DNA from: Torpedo marmorata | Taxonomy: Eukaryota | DNA length: 64,000 nt | Reading direction: 5' to 3' | NCBI GenBank assembly: GCA_977017645.1 | Contig: OZ360223.1 | Span: 233,678,001-233,742,000, forward strand | Shown here: positions 10,788-23,461 of the stretch, in pieces | How the letters are laid out: every line of letters begins with the position of its first letter | Position numbering within the stretch: position 1 is the first letter of the stretch | Notes under the pieces: generated by a model | Databases searched by the model: none | Told to the model about the DNA's origin: nothing | What the model saw: the letters and a program-made list of their open reading frames with translations, nothing else | Position numbers and translations under genes: made by a program

Positions 10788-12570
10788 TGTTTCATCTTAC
10801 CTTGACTCCATCTTTTCTCCCCTGGTCCAATCCCTCCCCACCTACATCCGCGACACCTCACATGCCCTCCATCTCCTCAATGGCTTCAGATTCCCTGAAC
10901 CGGACCGCATCATCTTCACCATGGATGTCCAATCCCTTTATACCTCTATCCCCCACACAGAAGGTCTGAAAGCACTTCGCTTCTTCCTGGATCAAAGACC
11001 TGATCAGTCACCCTCTATCACCACCCTCCTCTGCCTGGCAGAACTTGTCCTCACTCTCAATAACTTCTCCTTTAACTCATCCCACTTCCTCCAAATCAAA
11101 AGAGCAGCCATGGGTACCCGTTTGTGGGCTTTGTGGAGCAATCCATGCTGCAAGCCTACACAGGCAAGACCCCTCATCTCTTCCTCCGTTATATCGACGA
11201 CTACATCGGGGCTGCCTCATGCACCCGCGATGAGCTTGTCAACTTCATCCACTTCGCAACCAACTTCCACCCCGATCTCAAACTCACCTGGTCCATCTCT
11301 GATAACACTCTCCCCTTCCTGGATCTCTCTGTCTCTATCTCGGGAGACAAGCTTTCCACCGACATTTACTACAAACCCTGCAACTCCCACAACTATCTGG
11401 ACTACACTTCCTCACACCCTGTCCCCTGCAAGGATTCCATCCCCTTCTCTCAATTTCTCCGTCTCCGCCACACTGTTCCCAAAATGAGGTCTTCCAGTAC
11501 AGATCTTCTGAAATGTCTGCCTTCTTCCACAAACGTGGCTTCCCCTCCACCACCATCAACTCAGCCCTCACCCGCATCTCCTCCATTTCCCGCTCATCTG
11601 CCCTGGCCCCCTCTGCCCCCAGACGCAACAAACATAGAATCCCCCTCATCCTCACCTACCACCCCACCAGCCTCCGCATCCAACACATTATCCACCGGAA
11701 TTTCCGGCACTTACTACAGGATCCCACCACCAGACATATTTTTCCTTCTCCTCCCCTCTCGGCCTTCCGCAGGGATTGCTCCCTCCACGATTCCCTCGTG
11801 CTCTCATCCCTCCCCACCTACTCGTACCCCCGACACCTTCCCCTGTGCCCGCAGGAGGTGCAACACCTGCGCCCACACCTCCCCCCTCACCACGGTCTGG
11901 GGCCTCAAACAGGCCTTTCAAGTGAAGCTACACTTCTCGTACATCCAGATAACTTATTTACTGCATCCGGTGCTCCCTTTGTGGCTTTCTCTACATCGGA
12001 GAGACCGGTCGTAGATTGGGAGATCGCTTTGCTGAGCACCTCCTCTCCGTCCACAACAACAGCGACCTCCCAGTAGCCAGCCATTTCAATTCCGAGTCAC
12101 ACTCCCATGTCTGTCCATGGCCTTATGTACTATCCCACCCAGACGACCTGCAAATTGGAGCAACAACATCTCATTTTCCGTCTGGGCACTCTCCAGCCAG
12201 ATGGCATTAACATTGACTTTTCTGCTTTCCACTAAACCTGCTTGTCTTTTCCTTCCCCTCCCCCCTCACCTGTCCTTCCTGTTTTTTTCCACCTACCCAG
12301 CCATCCCTCCTCCCCCTCTTTGCTGCTGTCCCCTCCCTCCTTTCTCCACCTATCATCTCCTGCCTTTGCCACCCCCCTCCCCCCACCTCACTCTTTTGTT
12401 CGGACGCCTGCCGGCATTTTCTCATACTTTGATGAAGGGCTCAAGCCTGAAACGTCGGTTATGTATTTCTACCTTTGCTACATAAAAGACACTGTTTGAC
12501 CTGCTGAGTTTCTCCAGCATTTGTGTTTTTTACTTCAACCACGGTGTCTACAGATTTTCGTGTTTTACTT
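10788..12570 (+). mobile_element. Penelope-like retroelement (Neptune type), 5'-truncated and frameshifted
   Basis: RT motifs MDVQSLYTSI, AMG, RYIDD, FLD, YYKP. Cys linker CxxxxCxxC. GIY-YIG endonuclease YCIRC..C...YIGETGRRLGDRFAEH. Hammerhead-bearing 3' end. Confidence 0.92.
12429..12456 (+). ncRNA. Minimal hammerhead ribozyme-like motif in the Penelope 3' end
   Basis: TTGATGAAGGGCTCAAGCCTGAAACGTC. Confidence 0.6.
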
Positions 12571-13488
12571 TCTTCCACACTCTCATCACTTTCTGCATGA
12601 AGAAGTTCCGCCTAATGTTCTCTTTAAACATTTCACCTTTCACTCTTAACACGTGCCCTCTAGTTCTTGACTCACATTCTCAGTGGGAAAAGTCTGCTTG
12701 CATATACCTCTCATAATTTTGTGTACCTCTAACAAATCCCTGCTCATTCTGCTACGCTCAAGGGAATAAAGTTCTAATCTTTCCCTGTAACTCAGTTCAG
12801 GTCCAGGCAACATCCTCGTAAATCTCCTCTGCACTCTTTCAGTCTTGTATCTTTCCCAATTGGGATATATTGGAGTAGTCACTTAGTCATGCACATTAGC
12901 TCACTGCATCAAGCAGCTTGATGAAGACGAGCAGCAAAAATCACAATGGGAAAGATCAGAAAAGTGTTAGGTCAGTGACACAACCTTTTTCAACATTGGT
13001 GTGTTCTGGTTGCCCCTGTTCTAAACGCATTGGTTAGTATCATGGGTCACATGATGAACTTTTGTGGACAGACAGATTGGAGGAGGGTATCCCATAGTAC
13101 CTTCTGGCTGACAGAGTCAGAAACTTTACTGATTTTGAACAAGGCCACTTATGGTGTTTGGTGCAACTCTCCTCATTTCTCATATCTGTGTTGTTGCCAA
13201 ATGGACAGAAATCACACTGAAAGTCAGAGGGCAGCTTTTTGACAGAGGAGGGAGGCCCAGGTGATGTCTACCCCTGATAAGGCCAGCAGGGAGACCTGAA
13301 GATGGTCCTGACAACAGATTCTCCAGATCCTGAAATTCTTCATTTCAACAGCAATGTTGTGTGGTCCTGGAACCTTGTTTTTCAGTCAGCATATGACTTC
13401 TTCTGATCTTCTGTTGGTCAGGAGTGGTAGCGAGGCTGCAGCGGAGGGACAGAATCGAGCATGCTTACATCAAGGGCTGAGACATAGT

Positions 13489-15274
13489 TTTTTGTTTTTT
13501 TTAAAATATTTTATTTAAAATTTTTAAATCACAAAATACATAAAATAAAATATAAAATTATCAAAGTATTTGTGATACATTTTCACCCCCCTCCCCCCCT
13601 CCCCAACCCTCCCAACCCCACTAATCTAATAAAAATATAAAATAAAAATAGAAAAAGAAGAAGAAAAAAGAAAGAAAAAGATAGAGTAAGGAGAATACCA
13701 ATCTATAAACTAATTCTATTATGGAGGTCAAGTATGCCAGTAGATCCGATATCCAGAGATCTTCAAATCCTTAAACCAACAACTTTCATATATGGGCTCC
13801 AAATTTTTAAGAAGAAATTATATTTATTACGTAAATTATAAGTAATTTTCTCAAGTGGTATACACGAACGAAGTTCTGCATTCCATCTTTCTAATCCTAA
13901 ATCTAAATCAGATTTCCAAGTAATAGCAATGCATTTCTTTGAAACAGCTAAAGCAATTCGCAAAAATTCTATTTGATACATATTTAATTTCATCTTAATA
14001 CTAAATTTTCTAATATCTCCAAACAAAAATATCATAGGATCCATTGGAAATGTAATCTTAAATACTTTATCTAAGAAATTTTTAACTTTCAACCAAAAAT
14101 CATAAACTTTTGGACAAAACCATGTAGAATGTACAAAAGACCCTTCCTCTTTATTACATCTAAAACATAAACTTGATAATATTGGATTAAATTTCTTTAG
14201 TTTTTTAGGTGTTAAATATAATTGATGAAAAAAATTGTATTGTACTAATCTATATCTAATATTAATAATCTTCGTCATACTTAATTTACATAATTCTTTC
14301 CAATGATTTTCATCTATTCTTACATTCAAATCTAATTCCCATTTTAATCTTGATTTATGAATTCCTACTTTAGGCATTTTCCTCTGAAACAATTTATACA
14401 TTTGAGAAATAAATTTATTGACGTCTCCTTTAGTAACTAATAATTCTATTCATTCTGTCTTGGTAAAATCAAAGCATAACCTAATTTCTCAATCAGAAAA
14501 GCTCTAATTTGATAATAAGCAAAAAGTGTATTATCTAATATATTAAATTTATCTTTCATTCTTTGAAAAGTAATAAATTTCCCAGCTTCAAAACAATCAT
14601 TAATTTTCTTAATTCCTTTTTGAAACCAAATTTTAAATAATTGATTATTAATAGTAAATGGAATGTCCATTTTGATATAAAGGCATCCTTGAAGAAATCA
14701 ATCCTTTTCCTCCTATTTCCTTATCCGTCTTATTCCATATTTCTAACAAATGTTCAAAAATAGGCGAATTTTTCTTTCTTGTTGATATTAATTTAGAATC
14801 CCATTTATAAATAACTTCTTCTTTGGAATCTTCTCCTATATTATTTAATTCTATTTTAATCCAAGCAGAAGATTTAGTTGAATCAAAAAATTCATTAACA
14901 AATTTTAGTTGAGCTGCTTTATAATAATTTTGGAAATTAGGAAGTTGTAAACCACCTATTTCATAATTCCAAGTTAATTTTTCCATACCTACTCTTGCTT
15001 ACTTTCCTTTCCATAAAAACTTTCTAATAATTGAATTTAAATCTTTAAAAATGTTTTGAGGAATTTCATAAGGAATTGATTGAAAAAGATATTGAATTCT
15101 TGGAAAAACATTCATTTTAATACAATTTACTCTTCCCATTAAAGTTATAGGTAAATCTTTCCAATTTTCTAAATCTTTCTTTATTTTCACAAATAATGGT
15201 AAATAATTTAATTTATATAAATTAGCCAATTTTGTGTCAACCTTTATTCCCAAATAGTTAATTCCTTCCTTTGT
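13489..15274 (-). mobile_element. 5'-truncated L1/Tx1-group LINE (AT-rich family)
   Basis: ORF2 C-terminus (GRVNCIKM, GGLQLPN, CFRC...HSTWFC), poly(A) tail and 14-bp TSD GGCTGAGACATAGT at 13475-13488 and 15275-15288. Confidence 0.93.
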
Positions 15275-16744
15275 GGCTGAGACATAGTGAAGGTAATCTT
15301 CTAAGTGTTTCTTCCAGCTGACGCTATGCTTCTCTGTACTTGATGAATTCGGTGTCTGTTTTAAAGGCCTCTGCAGAGAGAGTGAATAGTATCTCTATGA
15401 TTCCGTGTATTAAACAGTGAAGTGTATGAGTCACTGTATTGTGTTCCATTTTATCTCCCGCTCCAATCAATCCATCATTTGTTCTATTCCAACTCCAGAG
15501 AAAGTGAGAAATCACTACTACAAATTTCCTCCTTGTTCTGCAGTAGACGTTGGCCAGCTTGCATCAACTGGAAGTATTTTAGCACAAAATTATTAAAATT
15601 TGAACAGAAGCTAAAAAGGCCCAATTTCAGAGTAAGGCTGCATTTACACAAGCTACAATGGAAAACTAAACTGAACACTGCTCAATTGTTGTCTCTCCTC
15701 CCCCCACACCCCCGTCTTCAGTCACCAAATGCCTTGTACTTCTTCCATTGTTTTACTGGGTAAGGTCAGGGTGTAAAAGTGAACAGAACAGCTCCATTGC
15801 TATTCCAATACTCATCTTCCCAAATGTTCTGAATGGTTTCTGACTCTGCAAACTGCAACTCATTTACATTATCATGCACATTTTGAACAAACGCATCATA
15901 CAACTCCAATCCACCAAAGGTGGTACAAATCAATTTTAACATTCTTATCTTACATTATATTTAAATCTTTCCATGGCCTTGCTCTCCCAATCCTCAGTGA
16001 GTTCCTTCAGTCATAAACACCTACAATCCTTCCACCGTAAATACTGACCGAATTGGTTGGAACTTAATTTACCTCAGCACAAGTTTCACCCTTGTTACTA
16101 TGTTATTCCTGAAGTCATGCAGGAATTTGTTGAACAGATAGAAAGGCCAAATGTCCTGGAGTACAAATCTGAAGGTTTCTGATTAATGCAAAACTAAATT
16201 GACGTATTACCTGTGAAAGAATGTTTAGGTAGAGTTAGTGTGGTGTTGGACTGGTGCTGGGGTGTAGGGTGCTTATTGTTGACAGGAGCTAGAAACATTG
16301 GTTTATGTACTAGTTCCAAAAGTGCAACGTAGTTGTGGGAGATAGTTTCTGACCCATAGCCATGATGATGGTTACAGAAGCAACACACAAAGATAGGCAG
16401 TGGTCAAAGAGGTGTTCGTAAACTTTATCAATTGGTCTATAGAAATGGGTTCAGGAAAATATTTCATTGAACACTTTGATGATTAAAGGGTTATTGGTGT
16501 TGTGGAAGGCAATAGCCCCATAAAAAGAGTGACCATAATACCTCCAACCAACATTCTGAGTATCTGCAACACATCACTGGGGTGGGAGTAGTAAGTTGCT
16601 GGATTTTATACATATATAAAATACAGTGATCATCAGACCTATTGAATGCAGATCTTCCAAGTTAGAGGTACAGTTTATTGCAGAATAATTGTAACAACAT
16701 TCAATGGTAAAAATAAAAATAAAATGCTGGAAACACTCAGGTCA

Positions 16745-18123
16745 GTCAGAGGTTCCCACCTGCTTCAAAAGGGCATCAATCATCCCAGTACCCAAGAAGA
16801 GTAGTGTGGGCTGCCTCAACGACTACCGCCCAGTAGCACTAACTTCTACTGTGATGAAGTGCTTCGAGAGGCTGGTCATGGCCAGAATTAACACGTACCT
16901 AAGCAAAGATCTGGACCCACTACAATTCGCCTATCGTCACAATCGCTCCACAGCAGATGCAATATCGCTGGCTCTCCACTCAGCTCTGGATCACCTCGAA
17001 AACAGCAATTCATACATACGGCTGCTCTTCATCGACTACAGCTCAGCCTTCAATACCATTATTCCCTCAGTGCTGGTCAAGAAGCTACAAACTCTAGGCC
17101 TCTGTACCCCACTCTGCAACTGGATCCTTGACTTTCTCATCGGAAGACCACAGTCAGTACGAATTGGAAACAACGTCTCCTCCTCACTGATTATCAACAC
17201 AGGCGCACCCCAAGGATGCGTGCTTAGTCCACTGCTCTACTCATTATACACCCATGACTGTGTGGCCAGGCACAATTCCAATGCCATCTACAAGTTTGCC
17301 GATGTCACCACAGTTGTCGGCAGAATCACAAACAGCATTGAGGAAGCGTACAGGAGGGAGATAGATCAGCTCGTTGAATGGTGTAACGACAACAACTCAA
17401 CGCCAGCAAAACCACGAAGATGATTGTGGACTTCAGGAGGAAGTCAGAGGAACACGACCCAGTCCTCATCGAGGGCTCAGTAGTGGAGAGGGTCAAGAAC
17501 TTCAAATTCCTGGGTGTCAACATCTCCGAGGATCTGTCCTGGAACCTCCACGTTGATTTAATCACGAAGAAGCTCGTCAGCAGCTATACTTTGTGAGGTG
17601 TCTGAGGAGATTCGGTATGTCACCGAAGACTCTCGTAAACTTCTACTGGTGTACCGTGGAGAGCATTCCGGCTGGTTGCATCACTGCCTGGTATGGAGGC
17701 GCCAACTCTCAGGACAAGAATAAATTCCAGAGGGTTGTTAACTCGGCCTGTGACATCACAGGCACCAAACTTCACTCCATCGAACACATCTACATGAGGT
17801 GGTGTCTTAAAAAAGCAGCCTCTATCCTCAAAGACCCCTACCACCCAGGCCATGCCCTCTTCACTCTGCTACCATCGGGAAAAAGGTACAGGAGCCTAAA
17901 GACGAGCACTCAACGGCACAAGGACAGCTTCTTCCCCGCTGCCATCAGATTCCTGAATAATCAATGAACCAAAGACACTGCCTTACTTTTCGTGCACTAT
18001 TATTTATAATTTTTTATAGTAATGTCGTAAGATGGTTACAATATGAATGTTAATTGCCCTGTGATGTTGCCGCAAAACACCGAATTTCATGACTTGTTCA
18101 TGACAATAAAATCTGATTCTGAT
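16745..18123 (+). mobile_element. Rex1/Babar LINE, 5'-truncated
   Basis: [39 protein letters not shown] motifs and an AATAAA-(TCTGAT)n tail. Confidence 0.92.
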
Positions 18124-18801
18124 CTACGGAGAGATAAAAAGCAGAGTTAACATTTCAGGTCAATAACTAGTTCAAGCCACCAACTTGCCATGTTAAAGGT
18201 TTCTTTCTCTGTGGATTTTGCCTGACACAAGTTTTGCCACATTTTGTGTTTTTCAGATTTCCAGCATTCACAACTATTCACGTTTTAGAGCAATGATTTA
18301 CATTGCAAAAGAAAATTAGAAACCTAATTGGGATGAAAGTCAAATTGATACAAATATGTCATAACTGTTGAATTGGACAAATAAATCTTTTAGGAAATTT
18401 GAGACCAAATATGATCAGTTCATTCTCAAAGTTAACAGCAATGCTTTCAATATTTAATTCTACAATGAAATACAAAAAAAAATCATGTTAAATTTGTGAA
18501 ATGAACACATTTAGTGAGTTTTATTTCTCATGTACCTTGATTAAGTTCAGAGCAAGTTTGAATTACAAAAGATCTATTCAGTTGCAAGATTACTGCAGTC
18601 TTTCGTTAAATTGAATCATTAAATCAAAATGGTTAAGTCAAAATTCAGAGAGGAATTAATGAGTTAAGGCACAAAAATTGGGAACACCACAAGAATCATT
18701 CAGTAATAGCACAGATGATTTTTCTTTAAAAATATTTCTTTGTGCTGCTGAAGTTTGACCTACTACAATTATCAATATTTGAAATCAAAATTATATAGTC
18801 C

Positions 18802-19159
18802 TGTAGCGTGTCGCTACGGTTATAGCTCTGCGCGTCGAGTTGGTCGTCGCTCTGGTTCTGGAGCTCAGGAGAGAGATACACTCCCTCCGAGCGTCAAGAC
18901 AGAACTGCCTATTCTGCCATCGGCTCTGCCTTTTATAGGCAGGGCCGAGCCTGACTGCCACGTCATGGATGGGGCATGGCCTAAGGCGCGACGCCCAGGA
19001 TTGGTCGGGCCACGATCCAATCTTAGGGATTGGCCCGTTCCCTCGTTGCCGTTGTGGCCTATGGGAACGGGCCGTCCGAATCACGTGCCGCCTGCGCGAT
19101 CGCCGTGTTCGTACACGGCTCTCTGTATCGGCCTGCGGAGTAGGTCGCGGGCCGCTACA
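18802..19159 (-). repeat. 3' LTR (358 bp), preceded by polypurine tract 19163-19174
   Basis: Direct repeat of the 5' LTR. GGGAGGGGGGGG lies just upstream on the minus strand. Confidence 0.95.
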
Positions 19160-19164
19160 CGACC

Positions 19165-22100
19165 CCCCCCTCCCAGAATCGGCGATCTGTGCGGTGGCCT
19201 TGTCCTTGGGAGGCCACCCCCTGCGGCGTGGATAGGGTGATTGATTGGTTGGCCAGGGTCCAGGTGTGCAGGCTTGAGTCGGTCAACCGCAACCGTTTCC
19301 TCCCTGCCGCCAACATCTATAACACAAGTGGAGCAGTTGTGTTTGATAACCCGGTACGGCCCTTCGTACGGTCGTTGGAGTGGTGGCCGATGCGCCCCTC
19401 GCCTTATAAGCACATGCCTGCAGTCCTTCAAGTTCTTTGGAACATAAGTTTTAGGCTGGCCGTGCGCCCTGGGCTGTGCCGGGGCCAACGTACCCAGTCG
19501 TTGCCGCAGGCGAGTCAGGGCTACCGCTGGAGTGTCCTCTGTGTTCCGGGAACTCACCCGGGATGACCAGGGGTGCACCATAGACCATTTCCGCTGCAGA
19601 CACGTCGAAATTGTCTTTGGGCGCGGTGTGGATGCCCAGGAGAACCCAAGGCAGTTCATCAGCCCAGTGCGGTCCCGTGAGCCGAGCCATGAGGGCCGCC
19701 TTGAGGTGCCTGTGGAACCTCTCCACCAACCCGTTGGCCTGAGGATGGTATGCCGTAGTATGATGGAGTTGTGTTCCCAGGGTGTTGGCCAAGGCCGCCC
19801 ATAGGCTGGAGGTGAACTGGGCACCTCTGTCCGACGTCAGGTGCTCTGGGACTCCAAACCGCGCCACCCAGGTGCTTAGCAAGGCCCTGGCACACGACTC
19901 TGCAGATGTTTCCACAAGCGGGACTGCTTCCGGCCACCTAGTCATACGATCCATCATGGTCAATAGGTATCGAGCACCTCTTGACACTGGCAGTGGGCCT
20001 ACAATGTCCACATGCACATGGCTGAACCTCCGTCGTGCCGGCTCAAATGACTGGAGAGGGGCTTTAATGTGCGTCTGCACCTTTGATGCCTGGCAATGCG
20101 TGCAGGTCTTGGCCCACTGACTAACCTCCTTACGGAGACCATGCCATACGAAACGGCTGGCCACCATCTTAACCGTGGTTCTGATGGCTAGGTGCGCCAG
20201 GTTGTAGATCGTGTCAAAAACCCGTTTTCTCCATGCTGCGGGTATGACGGGTCTAGGCGTACCAGTCGAGGTGTCGCACAAAAGCGTCTGCTTTTCTGTG
20301 CCGATGCGAACGTCCTCCAGACGGAGACCGGTTACTGCCGTCCGGTATGCAGGTATGCTGAGGTCTGCTTGTTGTGCCTCAGCCAGGGCTGCATAGTCGG
20401 TGCCTGGGGTGAGGGCGTGTATTTCAAGTATGGCTGGCCGGGATAGCGCGTCAGCCACCACATTCGACTTCCCGGCAATGTGTGCTATATCCGTGGAAAG
20501 CTCGGTACGTAGGACAGGTGCCTTTGCTGCCTGGCTGACCATGGGTCCGACACTTTGCCGAAAGCAAAGGTGAACGGCTTGTGGTCCGTGAATATTTTGA
20601 ACCTCCTGCCCTCCAGGAAGTATCGGAAATGTTGGACCGCCAGGTATAGAGCTAAGAGCTCCCGATCAAAGGCACTGTACTTGAGCTCTGGTGGGCGGAG
20701 GTGCTTGCTGAAAAAGGCCAGCGACTGCCATTGTCCAGCGATCAGCCACTCAAGTACTCCCCCGACCGCTGTGTTGGAGGCGTCCACAGTGAGGGCTGTC
20801 GGGGCATCTGTCCGAGGATGCACCAGAAGGGTAGCGTTTGCCAGGGCGTCTTTGGCGGCTTGGAAAGCCTCTGATGCCTCCTGTATCCATTCGATTTCCT
20901 TCTTTGGGCCTGCCATGAGGGAGAATAAGGGCCGCATGATTCCAGCTGCTGCCGGTATGAAACGATGATAAAAGTTAATCATACCGACAAACTCCTGCAG
21001 GCCCTTTATCGTTGCGGGCTTTGAAAATGATCGGATGGCCTCCACCTTTTCGGGCAGTGGCCTGGCCCCATCCCTGCTAATACGGTGCCCCAGGAAATCG
21101 ATGGACTCCCGCCCGAACTGGCACTTGGCAGGGTTGATTATCAGCCCGAACTCCTTCAGGCGGGTGCACACCTGTCTTATATGGATGGCATGTTCAGCAC
21201 GATTGTGGCTGGCTCTCAGTATGTCATCCAAATAAATGAAGGTGAACTTGAGATCCCGGACCACCGTATCCATCAACCTCTGGAAGGTTTGAGCTGCTTT
21301 CTTCAGGCCGAATGGCATCCTCAGAAACTCAAACAGGCCCAAGTGGGTGATAATGGCGGTCTTGGCGATGTCTTCCGTCTGGACTGGGATCTGGTGATAG
21401 CCCTTAACGAGGTCCACCTTTGAGAATATCCGTGCCCCCTGTAGGTTAGCGGTGAAGTCCTGGACGTGGGGCACCGGATATCTGTCCGGTGTGGTGGCCT
21501 CGTTGAGACGGCGGTAATCCCCGCATGGTCTCCAGCCTCCTGCTGCCTTGGGCACCATGTGGAGTGGGGAGGCCCAGGGGCTGTCAGAACGCCGCACGAT
21601 GCCCAGCTCTTCCATCTTCCGGAACTCTTCTTTGGCGAGATTGAGCTTCACAGGAGGAAGGTGGCGCGCCCTGGCGTGATGGGGAGGTCCTGTCGTCACG
21701 ATATGATGCTGAACTCTATGCCTAGGTTCCGCCGAGGAAAAATGTGGCGTCGTGATGGCAGGGAATTCGGCCCTAATCCGTACCATCTCATTGTCCGTAG
21801 TTGCTACCGAGTGCAGACGGGGGGCAGTGAGCTCAGTCCCACTCAGGGAAAGAGTCTGAAAAGTTGTGGCATGCTCTAATCTTCGCTCCTTAATGTCCAC
21901 TTGTAGGGGATTGGCCCTAAGGAAATCCGCACCCAGGAGCAGCTGCCGCACCGCCGCCAGCGTGAACTCCCAGGTAAAATGATTATCCCCAAAACGGAGG
22001 GGGATGGTGCAGGTGCCAAAAGTGCGAATATCTGAATTATTGGCCGCTCTCAGGCCCTGTCCAACCCTGCTGCTGCGGATGTCAGAACTGGAAGGGGGAA

Positions 22101-22203
22101 AAACACTGACTTCAGCCCCAGTATCGACCAGGAACCGGCGGCCCGACAGGATGACCTGTACATGGAGTAGGTTGTGATGCAGGCCGACCACTGCAACCAT
22201 CAA
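19165..22203 (-). pseudogene. pol: Gypsy pol (protease, RT, RNase H, integrase), with frameshifts near 20500 and 19550
   Basis: LVDTGA, DLVKGYHQIP, YLDD, VDAS...TDHKP, HHCC-like zinc finger (first His apparently replaced by Tyr), HVDIVG/SDRG/VERFH (DDE) and PYEGPY. Confidence 0.92.
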
Positions 22204-22895
22204 CGGTGGCCGGCGCTAGCGTTTCCCTGAAACGCACAGGGGGAACGGCATCGACGGGCCTCGGAACCCCACCGCTGGTGGTAGAAACAGTACTCCTGAC
22301 CGGTGGGCTCCATCGGTTGGCGGGTCAATTGTTCGGGGAGCCGCCTACTCGTTCGCAGTGGACGAGACGTGGATACTTGCTCCATTATCGCACAGTCATC
22401 TTTCTTCGCCGCCCAGAGCACGTCCGCTCGGGCAGCTACCTTCCTGGGGTCGCTGAAATCCACTTCTGCAAGCAACAGCCGGATGTCCTCTGGCAATCGC
22501 TCCAGGAAAACCTGCTCGAACAGCAGGCAAGGTCTGTGGTCATCTGATAAGGCAAGCATGTCGCTCATGAGGGCGGAAGGGGCCCTGTCCCCCAAGCCGT
22601 CCACATGCAACAATCGGGCTGCCCGCTCTCGCCTCGAGAGCCCGAAAGTGCAGGACAACAGCTCCTTGATGGCCACATACCTCCCCTGCTCTGGAGGACA
22701 CCGCAGGAAGTCCACAATCCTGGCCTCTATCTCCTGCTCGAGGGCGCTTACCACGTGGTAATAGCGGTCGGTGTCGTCAGAGATCCTTCGAAAAGCAAAC
22801 TGTGCTTCGGCTTGCTCGAACCATACCAGCGGCTGCGATGTCCAGAAGCTCGGCAGCTTCAACAAAACCACGTTGATTGAAGCTTGTTCCATCTT
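22200..22895 (-). CDS. gag: Gypsy gag
   Basis: KLPSFW...WFEQAEAQF capsid start and C-terminal CFYHQRWG..A.RC..PC motif. Confidence 0.9.
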   Translation of the reverse strand, partial: KMEQASINVVLLKLPSFWTSQPLVWFEQAEAQFAFRRISDDTDRYYHVVSALEQEIEARIVDFLRCPPEQGRYVAIKELLSCTFGLSRRERAARLLHVDGLGDRAPSALMSDMLALSDDHRPCLLFEQVFLERLPEDIRLLLAEVDFSDPRKVAARADVLWAAKKDDCAIMEQVSTSRPLRTSRRLPEQLTRQPMEPTGQEYCFYHQRWGSEARRCRSPCAFQGNASAGHR

Positions 22896-22920
22896 CGGGT
22901 CCAAATCGCCGTTTGGACCA

Positions 22921-22933
22921 GTCGGGGTCACCA
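22921..22933 (-). promoter_or_regulatory. Primer-binding site complementary to the tRNA-Trp 3' end
   Basis: TGGTGACCCCGAC one base after the 5' LTR. Confidence 0.85.
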
Positions 22934-22934
22934 C

Positions 22935-23291
22935 TGTAGCGCGTCGCTACAGTTATAGCTCTGCGCATCGAGTTGGTCGTCACTCTGGTTCTGGAGCTCA
23001 GGAGAGAGATACACTCCCTCCGAGCATCAAGACAGAACTGCCTATTCTGCCGTCGGCTCTGCCTTTTATAGGCGGGCCGAGCCTGACTGCCGCGTCACGG
23101 ATGGGGCGTGGCCTAAGGCGCGACGCCCAGGATTGGTCGGGCCACGATCCATCCTTAGGGATTGGCCAGTTCCCTCATTGCTGTTGTGGCCTATGGGAAC
23201 GGGTCGTCCGAATCACGTGCCGCCTGCTTGATCGCCGTGTTCGTACACGGCTCTCTGTATCGGCCTGCGGAGTAGGTCGCGGGCCACTACA
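22935..23291 (-). repeat. 5' LTR (357 bp)
   Basis: About 95% identical to 18802-19159, with TATAAAA on the minus strand. Confidence 0.95.
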
Positions 23292-23461
23292 GTCCATTAT
23301 ATTCCCTGAAGTAACTGATTCAGACTAAATGCACCCACTTAACACAAACAGCAAATTAGAAGCAATGGACCTCAAGGACAATTAGACTTGGAGAAGGGAA
23401 TTGCAATGAAACAACTCTTATTGGGGGGAAAAACCCCTACTGAAACGTTGTACCTTGAATC

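Larger units (their letters stand above)
10598..12850 (-). mobile_element. CR1 3' fragment split by the Penelope element (10598-10787 and 12571-12850)
   Basis: ERVQRRFTRMLPG..LSYRERL motif and CR1 3' UTR. The two halves are collinear across the insertion. Confidence 0.75.
18802..23291 (-). mobile_element. Complete Gypsy/Ty3 LTR retrotransposon provirus
   Basis: Two TGT...ACA LTRs, 4-bp TSD GTCC (18798-18801, 23292-23295), PBS, PPT and gag-PR-RT-RH-IN order. Confidence 0.97.

Noticed and set aside
15324-15763. Short ORFs in apparently unique sequence
   Set aside because: No motifs or consistent splice sites.
18755-23328. Many overlapping plus-strand ORFs over the Gypsy element
   Set aside because: Antisense shadows of GC-rich gag/pol and LTR sequence with no motifs.
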